Source: Silvimonas soli (GTDB lineage: Bacteria; Pseudomonadota; Gammaproteobacteria; Burkholderiales; Chitinibacteraceae). From it: a stretch of DNA of 32,000 bases. The stretch lies in assembly GCF_030035605.1 (NCBI RefSeq), contig NZ_CP106736.1, positions 2,966,097 to 2,998,096 of the forward strand. The letters are read 5' to 3'. The notes under the pieces are model-generated. The model did not search any database and was not told the DNA's origin. It worked only from the letters and a program-made list of their open reading frames with translations. Made by a program: the position numbers and the translations under genes. Of the stretch, positions 24,273-32,000 are shown one piece after another (the stretch's first letter is position 1; every line of letters begins with the position of its first letter).

Positions 24273-27200
24273 ATGGCCGATACGACCGCCGCAATCCCTG
24301 CTGACCAGCAAGATCGCCTGCGTGAAATTCCTTATAACTACACTTCTTTTTCTGATCGGGAAGTTGTCATTCGCTTGTTGGGTGACGATGGCTGGCAGAC
24401 TTTGCAAGAGTTGCGCCGTGAGCGCGTAACCGGCCGTTCTGCCCGCATGTTGTTCGAAGTGCTGGGCGATATCTGGGCGGTAAAACGCAATCCGTACCTG
24501 GAAGACGACCTGCTGGACAACCCCAAGCGGCTGGCCATGCTGGTCGACGCCATGAAGCATCGTTTGTCTGAAATCGAAAAGCGCCGCGATGGCAACGACA
24601 AGGTCGGCATTCTGGTGGCCCGTGCACGTCAGGCTGTGGATGCGTTCTCTAATGGTTTCCGTGACACCGCCGCGCTGCGCAAAAAAGTACTGCGCCTGCT
24701 GGCTGGCGTAACTCGCCGCGACAATATCAATTTTGATGGTCTGGCCCGCGTTTCGCACGTGACCGATGCGACTGACTGGCGCGTTGAATACCCGTTTGTG
24801 GTGCTCAACCCCGATACCGAAGACGAAATGGCGCCCATGGTGGCGGCCTGTATCGAGCTAGGCCTGACCATCATCCCGCGTGGCGGCGGTACCGGTTATA
24901 CCGGCGGCGCTGTGCCGCTGACGCCCATGTCGGCCGTCATCAACACCGAAAAACTCGATCTGCACAACGGCGTGGAAATGCGCCGGATTCCGGGCGTGGA
25001 TCACGAAATCGCCACCATCCAGTGCGGGGCCGGTGTCGTTACCCGCCGCGTAATGGAAGCCGCTGAAGAAAAAGGCCTGGTGTTTGCGGTTGATCCGACC
25101 TCGGCCGATGCCTCCTGTATTGGCGGCAACGTGGCCATGAACGCCGGTGGCAAGAAAGCCGTGTTGTGGGGCACCGCGCTGGACAATCTGGTGAGCTGGA
25201 AGATGGTTGATCCAGATGGCAACTGGATGTTCATCGAGCGGCTGGACCACAATCTGGGCAAGATCCATGACGCTGAATCGGCCAGCTTCAAAGTGGCGCG
25301 CTACAAGCCCGACGGCAAAACGCTGATCAACGAAGAAACGCTGGTCATTCCAGGTAACAAGTTCCGCAAAGTGGGCTTGGGCAAGGATGTGACCGACAAA
25401 TTCCTGGCCGGTTTGCCGGGCATTCAGAAAGAAGGCACGGACGGCATCATCACCTCCGCACGCTTTGTACTGCATCGCTTGCCCGCGCATACCCGCACCG
25501 TATGCCTGGAATTCTTTGGCGAAGTCAGCCGCGCCGTGCCCGCCATTGTGGAAATCAAAGACTACATTGATGGCCTGACTGGCGTGCAACTGGCGGGTCT
25601 GGAGCATCTGGACTGGCGCTACGTGCGTGCCGTGGGTTACACCACCAAGGCCAAGAGCCGTGGTCGCCCGAAAATGGTGTTGATCGCTGACATTGTGTCG
25701 GACGATGAAAACAAGCTGGGCGAAGCCGCATCGCAAGTGGTGATGATCGCCAACCGCCGCAGCGCCGAAGGCTTTATTGCCGTCACCAGCGAACAACGCA
25801 AAAAATTCTGGCTGGATCGCGCGCGTACCGCCGCCATCGCCAAACACACCAACGCGTTCAAGATCAACGAAGACGTGGTGATTCCACTGCCGCGCCTGGG
25901 TGAGTATTCCGACGCCATCGAACGCATCAACATCGAGTTGTCGATCCACAACAAGCTGGAATTGCTGGATGCGCTGACCGGTTTCTTCACCCGTGGCCGC
26001 TTGCCGATGGACATGAGCGATGCCGCTGTCAGCCACGATGAGCTGATCGCAGACCGTCGGGAATCGGCCATCAGCCTGATCGCCGCTGTGCGCACCCGCT
26101 GGCAGTGGCTGGGGGACAATCTGGACAGCGCGTTTGAGTCGTATACCGATGCATGGCCAGAAGCGCCGCTGGAACGGGTTGTGACCGCCTCTGACGCGCC
26201 ACAAAGCGTTTATCACGGCATGCGTGATTACGTACTGCGCGTGTCGTACAAGCGTGAGCTGCTGGCTTCGCTGGAAGCGTTGTTTGTGGGCCGTACCGAC
26301 AAACCCATCATGGATGCCGTGCAAAAGCTGCACGAGCAAGTGCTCAAGGGCCGGACCTGGGTAGCGCTGCACATGCACGCTGGTGATGGAAACGTGCACA
26401 CCAATCTGCCGGTGAACTCCGACAATTACGAGATGTTGCAGCGGGCGCACCATGCCGTCGCGCGCATCATGCAAGTGGCGCGTGATCTGAACGGCGTGAT
26501 CTCGGGCGAACATGGTATCGGCATTACCAAATACGAGTTCCTGACCCACGAAGAACTGGCCCCGTTCGAGGCCTACAAGCAACAGGTTGATCCGAATGGC
26601 CGCTTCAACAAGGGCAAGCTGTTGCCCGGAGCCGATCTGACCAATGCCTATACGCCCTCGTTCAGTTTGCTGGGTGCAGAGTCGCTGATCCTGGAACAAT
26701 CGGGCATCGGCAATATCTCCAATATGGTCAAAGACTGCCTGCGCTGCGGTAAGTGCAAGCCGGTGTGTTCGACGCATGTGCCACGCGCCAACCTTTTGTA
26801 CAGCCCGCGCAACAAGATTCTGGCCACCGGTTTGCTGACCGAAGCATTCCTGTATGAAGAACAAACCCGCCGTGGCGTGTCGCTTAAGCACTTTGAAGAA
26901 CTGGGCGACGTCGCGGACCATTGCACGGTATGTCACCGCTGCGTGAATCCGTGCCCGGTGAAGATCGACTTTGGCGATGTGTCGATTGCCATGCGCAACT
27001 TCTTGCGCGATGAAGGCCAGAAGAAATTCAACCCGATGACCGCACTGGCGATGGGCTTTTTGACCATCAAAGACCCGGCCACCATCAAGCTGATCCGCAA
27101 GGTGACGATCGAGTGGGGCGGCAAAGCGCAGCGACTGGGTTATCGCATCGGTAAATCGCTGGGGCTGATTCAGGGCGTGCTCAAGCAACCGCCATCAACT

Positions 27201-28154
27201 GAAGGCGGCAAGCCAGCGCTCAAGACGCAGGTGATCCACTTCATCAACAAGCCGATGCCGGGCAATCTGCCCAAGAAAACCGCACGGGCGTTGCTGGATG
27301 TGGAAGACGCCAGCGTAGTGCCGGTGATTCGTGATCCGCAATTGCAGGTTGCCGAGCAAGATCGCGAAGCGGTGTTCTACTTCCCGGGTTGCGGCTCCGA
27401 GCGTTTGTTCAGCCAGGTTGGCCTGGCAACGCAGGCCATGCTGTGGCACGTCGGCACCACCACCGTGCTGCCGCCGGGCTATCTGTGTTGCGGTTATCCG
27501 CAGACTTCAGCCGGGTTTGAGGACAAGGGGAACAAGATCACCACCGAGAACCGGGTGTTGTTCCATCGCGTGGCCAACACGCTGAACTATCTGGATATCA
27601 AGACGGTAATCGTCTCTTGCGGCACGTGCATGGATCAACTGATGAAGTATCAGTTTGAGCAAATCTTCCCGGGTTGCCGCTTGCTGGATATCCACGAATA
27701 TCTGTTGGAAAAAGGCGTCAAGCTGGAGGGCGTGAGCGGAACGCGTTACATGTACCACGAGCCATGCCACACCCCAATGAAGGTGTACAAGGGGATCGAC
27801 GTAGCCAACGAACTCATGGGCAGTAAAGTTGATCTGAATGACCGGTGTTGCGGCGAGTCGGGAACCTTCGGCACCTCGCAGCCTCACATCGCGACTCAAG
27901 TACGGTTCCGCAAGCAAGAAGAAATGGAAAAAGGCGCGGGCAAGCTGCGCGCTGAATCGGGCGCCGACGCCAAGGTGAAAATCCTCACTTCTTGCCCATC
28001 GTGTCTGCAAGGTTTGCATCGTTATGATGACGATGCCAATACCGATGCTGATTATATTGTGGTGGAAATGGCGAAATACGTGCTGGGTGAGAACTGGTTG
28101 CCCGAGTATGTTGAAAAGGCCCGTACTGGCGGGATTGAACGCGTTTTGCTGTAA
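24273..28154 (+). CDS. Large fusion oxidoreductase: DUF3683-like N-terminus, FAD-binding oxidase (GlcD-like), 2x[4Fe-4S] ferredoxin and two CCG domains (GlcF-like)
   Basis: Started at ATG 24273, giving 1293 aa. It has the N-terminal [14 protein letters not shown] block, an FAD-binding PCMH region ([16 protein letters not shown]) and GEHGIGITK. Cluster motifs are [11 protein letters not shown] and [14 protein letters not shown]-type blocks are FPGCGSE...LCCGYP and HEPCHTP...CCGESG. Confidence 0.9.
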   Translation: MADTTAAIPADQQDRLREIPYNYTSFSDREVVIRLLGDDGWQTLQELRRERVTGRSARMLFEVLGDIWAVKRNPYLEDDLLDNPKRLAMLVDAMKHRLSEIEKRRDGNDKVGILVARARQAVDAFSNGFRDTAALRKKVLRLLAGVTRRDNINFDGLARVSHVTDATDWRVEYPFVVLNPDTEDEMAPMVAACIELGLTIIPRGGGTGYTGGAVPLTPMSAVINTEKLDLHNGVEMRRIPGVDHEIATIQCGAGVVTRRVMEAAEEKGLVFAVDPTSADASCIGGNVAMNAGGKKAVLWGTALDNLVSWKMVDPDGNWMFIERLDHNLGKIHDAESASFKVARYKPDGKTLINEETLVIPGNKFRKVGLGKDVTDKFLAGLPGIQKEGTDGIITSARFVLHRLPAHTRTVCLEFFGEVSRAVPAIVEIKDYIDGLTGVQLAGLEHLDWRYVRAVGYTTKAKSRGRPKMVLIADIVSDDENKLGEAASQVVMIANRRSAEGFIAVTSEQRKKFWLDRARTAAIAKHTNAFKINEDVVIPLPRLGEYSDAIERINIELSIHNKLELLDALTGFFTRGRLPMDMSDAAVSHDELIADRRESAISLIAAVRTRWQWLGDNLDSAFESYTDAWPEAPLERVVTASDAPQSVYHGMRDYVLRVSYKRELLASLEALFVGRTDKPIMDAVQKLHEQVLKGRTWVALHMHAGDGNVHTNLPVNSDNYEMLQRAHHAVARIMQVARDLNGVISGEHGIGITKYEFLTHEELAPFEAYKQQVDPNGRFNKGKLLPGADLTNAYTPSFSLLGAESLILEQSGIGNISNMVKDCLRCGKCKPVCSTHVPRANLLYSPRNKILATGLLTEAFLYEEQTRRGVSLKHFEELGDVADHCTVCHRCVNPCPVKIDFGDVSIAMRNFLRDEGQKKFNPMTALAMGFLTIKDPATIKLIRKVTIEWGGKAQRLGYRIGKSLGLIQGVLKQPPSTEGGKPALKTQVIHFINKPMPGNLPKKTARALLDVEDASVVPVIRDPQLQVAEQDREAVFYFPGCGSERLFSQVGLATQAMLWHVGTTTVLPPGYLCCGYPQTSAGFEDKGNKITTENRVLFHRVANTLNYLDIKTVIVSCGTCMDQLMKYQFEQIFPGCRLLDIHEYLLEKGVKLEGVSGTRYMYHEPCHTPMKVYKGIDVANELMGSKVDLNDRCCGESGTFGTSQPHIATQVRFRKQEEMEKGAGKLRAESGADAKVKILTSCPSCLQGLHRYDDDANTDADYIVVEMAKYVLGENWLPEYVEKARTGGIERVLL

Positions 28155-28200
28155 AGCCGGCGTGGTTCGCAGCACCTTATAGCGTTGCGCCCGAGAGACG

Positions 28201-28230
28201 GGGCAGGCGCGTACCGTTCCTGCCACCTTT
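28201..28230 (+). terminator. Weak terminator-like hairpin after the fusion oxidoreductase
   Basis: GGCAGG - 11-nt loop - CCTGCC followed by ACCTTTT. The stem is short, the loop large and the T-tract short. Confidence 0.25.
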
Positions 28231-28338
28231 TCGACCATCGGTCAGCTACAATGGCTTTCGGGGTGTGACAGCATTCATGCCCCGATTGTTTATGCTGAAT
28301 GGTTGTTTATAATCCGGCGCAAACATAAGGAAATCGTG

Positions 28339-28755
28339 ATGGAAGGCGGGTGTGTTCTGTGCAATGATCATGATCAAGTCGTGCTGTGGCAGGATGAGAT
28401 ATGTCGGGTGATTTGGGTCGATGACCCGGACTACCCGGGTTTCTGCCGCGTCATCCTTAATCGTCATGTTGCCGAAATGACCGATTTGCCGGCACAGGAA
28501 AGGGATTGGCTCATGGAGGTGGTTTTTGCCGTGGAACACGCTGTACGCGATACGCTTCATCCCGACAAAATCAATCTTGCCAGTCTTGGCAATATGGTGC
28601 CGCACGTGCATTGGCACGTTATCCCGCGCTGGAAAACCGACCGGCATTTTCCTGCCGCTGTCTGGGCCGCGCCGCAAAATGAGCATCCCCAATTGCCTAT
28701 CAGTGCAGCCATGATCGAAAGCCTGAAACAACGTATTAGCCAGCTCACGCCATGA
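28339..28755 (+). CDS. HIT-family nucleotide hydrolase/transferase
   Basis: Started at ATG 28339 (AAGGA 7 nt upstream), giving 138 aa. It has a CVLC N-terminal motif and the histidine triad HVHWHVIPR. Confidence 0.9.
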   Translation: MEGGCVLCNDHDQVVLWQDEICRVIWVDDPDYPGFCRVILNRHVAEMTDLPAQERDWLMEVVFAVEHAVRDTLHPDKINLASLGNMVPHVHWHVIPRWKTDRHFPAAVWAAPQNEHPQLPISAAMIESLKQRISQLTP

Positions 28756-30374
28756 CCCAGACTGATTTGCTTCCCGCCTATCACGGAACGGCTACACCGC
28801 CCTTTACCGATGCCCGATCGGCCAAGGCGTGGCTGCAATTGTTGCCGTTGATTAACGCCCCAGTGGCGCAGGCCGAACTGGTCGAGGCAATTGCTGCGCT
28901 CAACGCCAGTAATATTCCACCTTACGAATCGCTCAAAATTCTGGAGTTGTTCCGCGAAGCTGTGCATCTGGTGCACCACACGCTGGCGGATCGGTATCTG
29001 GGTCGGGCTGTGCCATTTGGCAAAGATGAACTGGCGGCATGGGAAGCAGCATTGTCGCTGTGGTCGCATATGGCCCTGGCTTATGGCCGTTGCTGGCGCG
29101 CAGCGCTGGAAGGGCAATCCGACGTACTGGAACATCTGGCCTTGCTGGCTGAACGCAGCCTGCGCTACCAGTGCTTGATGGTGCGCGAGCATTTGATGGC
29201 CTACCAAGTGGTTTCCAGCGAGTTATGGAAAACCATTTTTGCTTATTACCGCATTGCCGAAGCACGCGGCATTGCCGAGAAACCAGCCAAAGACAGCTTG
29301 CTCAAGGCCGCTGGCGTGGCGACACCGCAGAGCGTCTTCATTCATGCGTTGTTGCTGGCTGGTGCCAGTCCGTATCACTTTACTGCTCGCCAGATTCAAT
29401 GGCTGGATGAGCGTCTACCTGCATTGGCGCCGCGCGCCCCGCTGGAGCGCGAAGCCCGCGCCTTGCCTGGTCGTGGCAGTTTGCAGATTGATTTTGATGA
29501 TCCCGGTCCACCGCGGCGCACTGAGCCCCGGATGGATGGCCCCAATGTGCTAGAGATTGATACCTATCAGCTGGCACAGGCGTTGTCGCGGCGTATCAAG
29601 CTGCTGCGCAACGGGGAAAGCCCGGACAAGTTAGGTCTGGGGGAGCAATTCGCGGGTAGCGTGGTGGAAACCTTGCTGGTCGAGCTCTATCGCACCTGGT
29701 GCGAGCAACTGTCTGATCGTTCATTGCCGCGGCATATTTCCTCGCGGCAGATTGAAGTTGTGTTTGGCTTGCAGCGGCAACATCACGCCGCAGCGGGTGG
29801 CACGTTCCATCTAATGGAAGAACAGCAAGCGCTGGACCAGCAAGATCTGGTGCGCTTGCAGTTGTTCGGCCAGTCTGCCGCCGCCGCTAACGCGGTCGCG
29901 CCAGTTGATCCGGCTAGTTATGCCGAACGTTGGCAAGTACGCAACGAGTCGGCCAACGGTATGCAATTGGCCCGGCCGTTACATGAAGGCGCACGGATTT
30001 CGCTGCAGCAATTGCTGGCGGTCAATCTGGGTGGTCGCTACTTTGTCGGGGTAATTCGCTGGTTGCAGCAGGAAGAAACCCAGGTCGTCGCCGGGATTCG
30101 CTTGATGCCAGGGGCGCCGCAAGCAGCGGCAGTGCGACCGGTCGATATGGTCAATGCCGGTCGGCGTAGCTGGACAGAATGTCTGTGGTTGCCAGCGGCT
30201 CCGAGCTTGAAAGCGCATCCAGCATTGTTGCTGCCAGTGGGCTGGTTCCGCCCAGGGCGTCTGGTGGAATGGTGGGATGGCCAAACCACGCGCAAAATTC
30301 GCCTGGAAACGGTGGTGGAGCGTGGCGTCGACTTTGAGCGTGTTCAATATGTGGTCTCTACCGCTGCACGCTGA
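28752..30374 (+). CDS. Conserved hypothetical protein: ~400-aa helical N-region plus a C-terminal PilZ-like beta-barrel
   Basis: 540 aa. The ATG overlaps the HIT stop (ATGA at 28752-28755). The C-terminal stretch WQVRNESANGMQLARPL...LLAVNLGGRYFVGVIRWLQQEETQVVAGIRL fits the PilZ (D/N)xSxxG ... G-hydrophobic-R-W ... G pattern. No RxxxR motif is visible in the 30 residues upstream. Confidence 0.6.
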   Translation: MTQTDLLPAYHGTATPPFTDARSAKAWLQLLPLINAPVAQAELVEAIAALNASNIPPYESLKILELFREAVHLVHHTLADRYLGRAVPFGKDELAAWEAALSLWSHMALAYGRCWRAALEGQSDVLEHLALLAERSLRYQCLMVREHLMAYQVVSSELWKTIFAYYRIAEARGIAEKPAKDSLLKAAGVATPQSVFIHALLLAGASPYHFTARQIQWLDERLPALAPRAPLEREARALPGRGSLQIDFDDPGPPRRTEPRMDGPNVLEIDTYQLAQALSRRIKLLRNGESPDKLGLGEQFAGSVVETLLVELYRTWCEQLSDRSLPRHISSRQIEVVFGLQRQHHAAAGGTFHLMEEQQALDQQDLVRLQLFGQSAAAANAVAPVDPASYAERWQVRNESANGMQLARPLHEGARISLQQLLAVNLGGRYFVGVIRWLQQEETQVVAGIRLMPGAPQAAAVRPVDMVNAGRRSWTECLWLPAAPSLKAHPALLLPVGWFRPGRLVEWWDGQTTRKIRLETVVERGVDFERVQYVVSTAAR

Positions 30375-30414
30375 GTCTGTTTATCCAGCGTGACTTTGCT
30401 GGGGATATACCTAC

Positions 30415-30444
30415 GGGCGCCTGAATGGCGCCCGTTTTGTTTTG
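30415..30444 (+). terminator. Rho-independent terminator after the PilZ-like gene
   Basis: GGGCGCC-TGAAT-GGCGCCC forms a perfect 7-bp GC stem followed by GTTTTGTTTTG, 41 nt after the stop. Confidence 0.8.
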
Positions 30445-30594
30445 TGTTCATCTCGGTTTGATTTTCCGAACACGGGGCTGTCACTTGCTATTCACAATCC
30501 TGACGTAATTATTCCACATGCCCTTCAGACGGGCGGTGCAATAGGGCGTCGGCCAGGGTCTAAAGTAAGAGAACGACAAAATTCGGAGACACGC

Positions 30595-30891
30595 ATGGCA
30601 ACCCAATTGCTGTCGTTGGGGCTGATCGGCGTACGTTTGTACGACAGGATTCTTACTTCATCGGCTATTTATCCCGGCGAACTGGCCGACCATATCGTTG
30701 ACGAAATCAACATGTATTTGCTGCGGGCTAACGAGCAGGAAAAGGTGCTGCTGTTCCACCTTGCGTGCGAGGTCCATGAGTCGCTAGATGACATCTATGC
30801 GCGGGTCGATGATCTGGAGACACGGCAAAGTATTTCGTTATTGATGGATGTGCTGATTCAGCGAGCCAGGGAACTGGCACGACATCATTAG
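30595..30891 (+). CDS. Small helical hypothetical protein (98 aa)
   Basis: Started at ATG 30595 (GGAG 6 nt upstream); the track ORF begins at 30442. I recognise no family. Coding status rests on the RBS, the open frame and a plausible amino-acid composition. Confidence 0.5.
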   Translation: MATQLLSLGLIGVRLYDRILTSSAIYPGELADHIVDEINMYLLRANEQEKVLLFHLACEVHESLDDIYARVDDLETRQSISLLMDVLIQRARELARHH

Positions 30892-31922
30892 TCAGTCCCA
30901 AGCCGGGAGGGGAAGTGACCTGGCCAATGCGCCCAGCAGTTCCCGGCCTCAATTTCATCAACTGCAGTAAGGGCATGATGCAGCCCCCGCAACTTGCCCG
31001 ACATATCCAACTGTTCAGCGGTGCAGAGTGGATAATCGACAACGCGCAAAGCTGGATCAATCCCCATAAATAAAGCGTGGCACGGTGTTCCCAGCCCGGC
31101 GGCGAGATGGATGGCCGCGCTGTCGACGCTAATCATCTGCCTGGCTCCTGCAATGACCGCCAGCAGTCGCGGGAGCGAGTCAGACCAGTCGCTCAGGTCG
31201 TGCCACCCGGGTAAATCCAGTGCCGCAAAGCCAGCCAGCGGAGCATATCCGCGCTCGATCAGTTCTTGCGCATATCGGCGCAGGACATCCGCGGGCATGG
31301 TGCGCAAAGCGGAGCTGGCGCGGTGGCAAAGTAGTGTATAGCCAAGCGGAAGCCATGCCGGCAGAGCGGGGCGGTCAATATCTTGCAGCCAATTGTTGCA
31401 CCGCGTTTGGGCGGAGAGCGTTGCTGGGTCAAGGCCGAGGCTCATTGCAAAGAAGGCATGCATTGGCTGTGCATTAAAGGCCGGTCGATACATGAAATCT
31501 GCCAGATCAACCCATGTCGCCGCCCGGTCGTTTAGCGCTGATAGCGGTAGCGGCAGCGTTTGTGCGTTCACAAAGGCGCTGGCTAATGTGTAAATCTCGT
31601 CCACGTATCGGGGCGCATTCGGGCTGCGATGCAAGGTGATTTGCAAATGTGGATAGCTTTGCTTGAGGCCGTGCAATACGGCCAGTCCGATGACCGAGTC
31701 CCCCAAGGCAACACCCATGCCATTGAGAATGTGCAAGGACTGGGTGTTGGCATAGTTGATATGAACCGGTGCAATGTTGGCATTGTGTACTTGCAGCAAG
31801 TCAGCGAGCGGCGTGAATGCGCTGCGCGGGGAGGATAGATAGGGCAGGTCATACGGCAGCCAGACCAAGCCATCGCGATCAACGATGGCCTGGGCGCTTA
31901 ATCTCTCGGGCGCATCAGCCAT
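30888..31922 (-). CDS. Family-9 glycosyltransferase (heptosyltransferase-like)
   Basis: GT9 blocks are ILNGMGVALGDSVIGLAVLHGLKQSYPHLQITL (the GD...P...LK..P motif) and ISVDSAAIHLAAGLGTPCHALF (like the xxDSGxxHLAAALGTP motif). ATG 31922 gives 344 aa. The frame stays open to the window edge (a TTG at 31979 and beyond), so the true start is uncertain. Confidence 0.72.
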   Translation of the reverse strand: MADAPERLSAQAIVDRDGLVWLPYDLPYLSSPRSAFTPLADLLQVHNANIAPVHINYANTQSLHILNGMGVALGDSVIGLAVLHGLKQSYPHLQITLHRSPNAPRYVDEIYTLASAFVNAQTLPLPLSALNDRAATWVDLADFMYRPAFNAQPMHAFFAMSLGLDPATLSAQTRCNNWLQDIDRPALPAWLPLGYTLLCHRASSALRTMPADVLRRYAQELIERGYAPLAGFAALDLPGWHDLSDWSDSLPRLLAVIAGARQMISVDSAAIHLAAGLGTPCHALFMGIDPALRVVDYPLCTAEQLDMSGKLRGLHHALTAVDEIEAGNCWAHWPGHFPSRLGTD

Positions 31923-32000
31923 GTTTCTTGGAGACGGCCGGGCTGTAAGTGGTCGGCGTAATGTCCAGATACCCGACAAAGTCGCCGTTATCCCGCTGCA

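Noticed and set aside
24858-27188. 776-aa minus-strand ORF opposite the flavo-FeS fusion gene; other long antisense ORFs at 12918..14162, 19980..21071, 17925..18845, 22977..23579 and 27507..28238
   Set aside because: Each mirrors a sense-strand gene that has clear family motifs. None has an RBS or a recognisable domain. All are GC-driven open frames.

Overview
GC-rich proteobacterial chromosomal DNA, possibly betaproteobacterial judging by gene content (inference only). It is densely coding, and I saw no rRNA, tRNA, CRISPR array, transposase or integrase. All calls come from reading the ORF translations and the DNA by eye; no BLAST or HMM search was run. Gene order: the tail of a siaA-like gene, then siaB-siaC-siaD (a partner-switch kinase, its DUF1987 substrate, and a GGDEF cyclase). 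A terminator and a roughly 27% G+C spacer follow, then pgaABCD (PNAG synthesis and export) with overlapping stop/start codons. The minus strand then carries an unlisted 50-aa membrane peptide, a sialidase-fold BNR protein, and a lone TroA/ZnuA-type metal-binding protein. That last gene sits behind two tandem Fur/Zur-like palindromes. Next come glutathione peroxidase, a TPR plus cupin-like oxygenase fusion, a PAS sigma-54 activator, a 6-TM protein with a possible thiol-peptidase domain, a secreted GH13 glycosidase and a GTT1-like GST. The remainder holds two paralogous ~340-aa TPR proteins, each followed by an oxidoreductase gene (yqhD, and a 1293-aa DUF3683-flavo-FeS fusion), with yjdJ-yjdI lying between yqhD and the second TPR gene. 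A HIT gene is translationally coupled to a 540-aa protein with a PilZ-like C-terminus, followed by a 98-aa protein and a GT9 glycosyltransferase. The most interesting theme is c-di-GMP wiring. A complete Sia switch lies directly upstream of the c-di-GMP-dependent PNAG machine, and there are further candidate c-di-GMP parts: the PilZ-like protein and the output-less TPR sensor-like paralogs. Several ORF-track starts were moved downstream to better-supported start codons. The long antisense ORFs are treated as GC-driven shadow ORFs.
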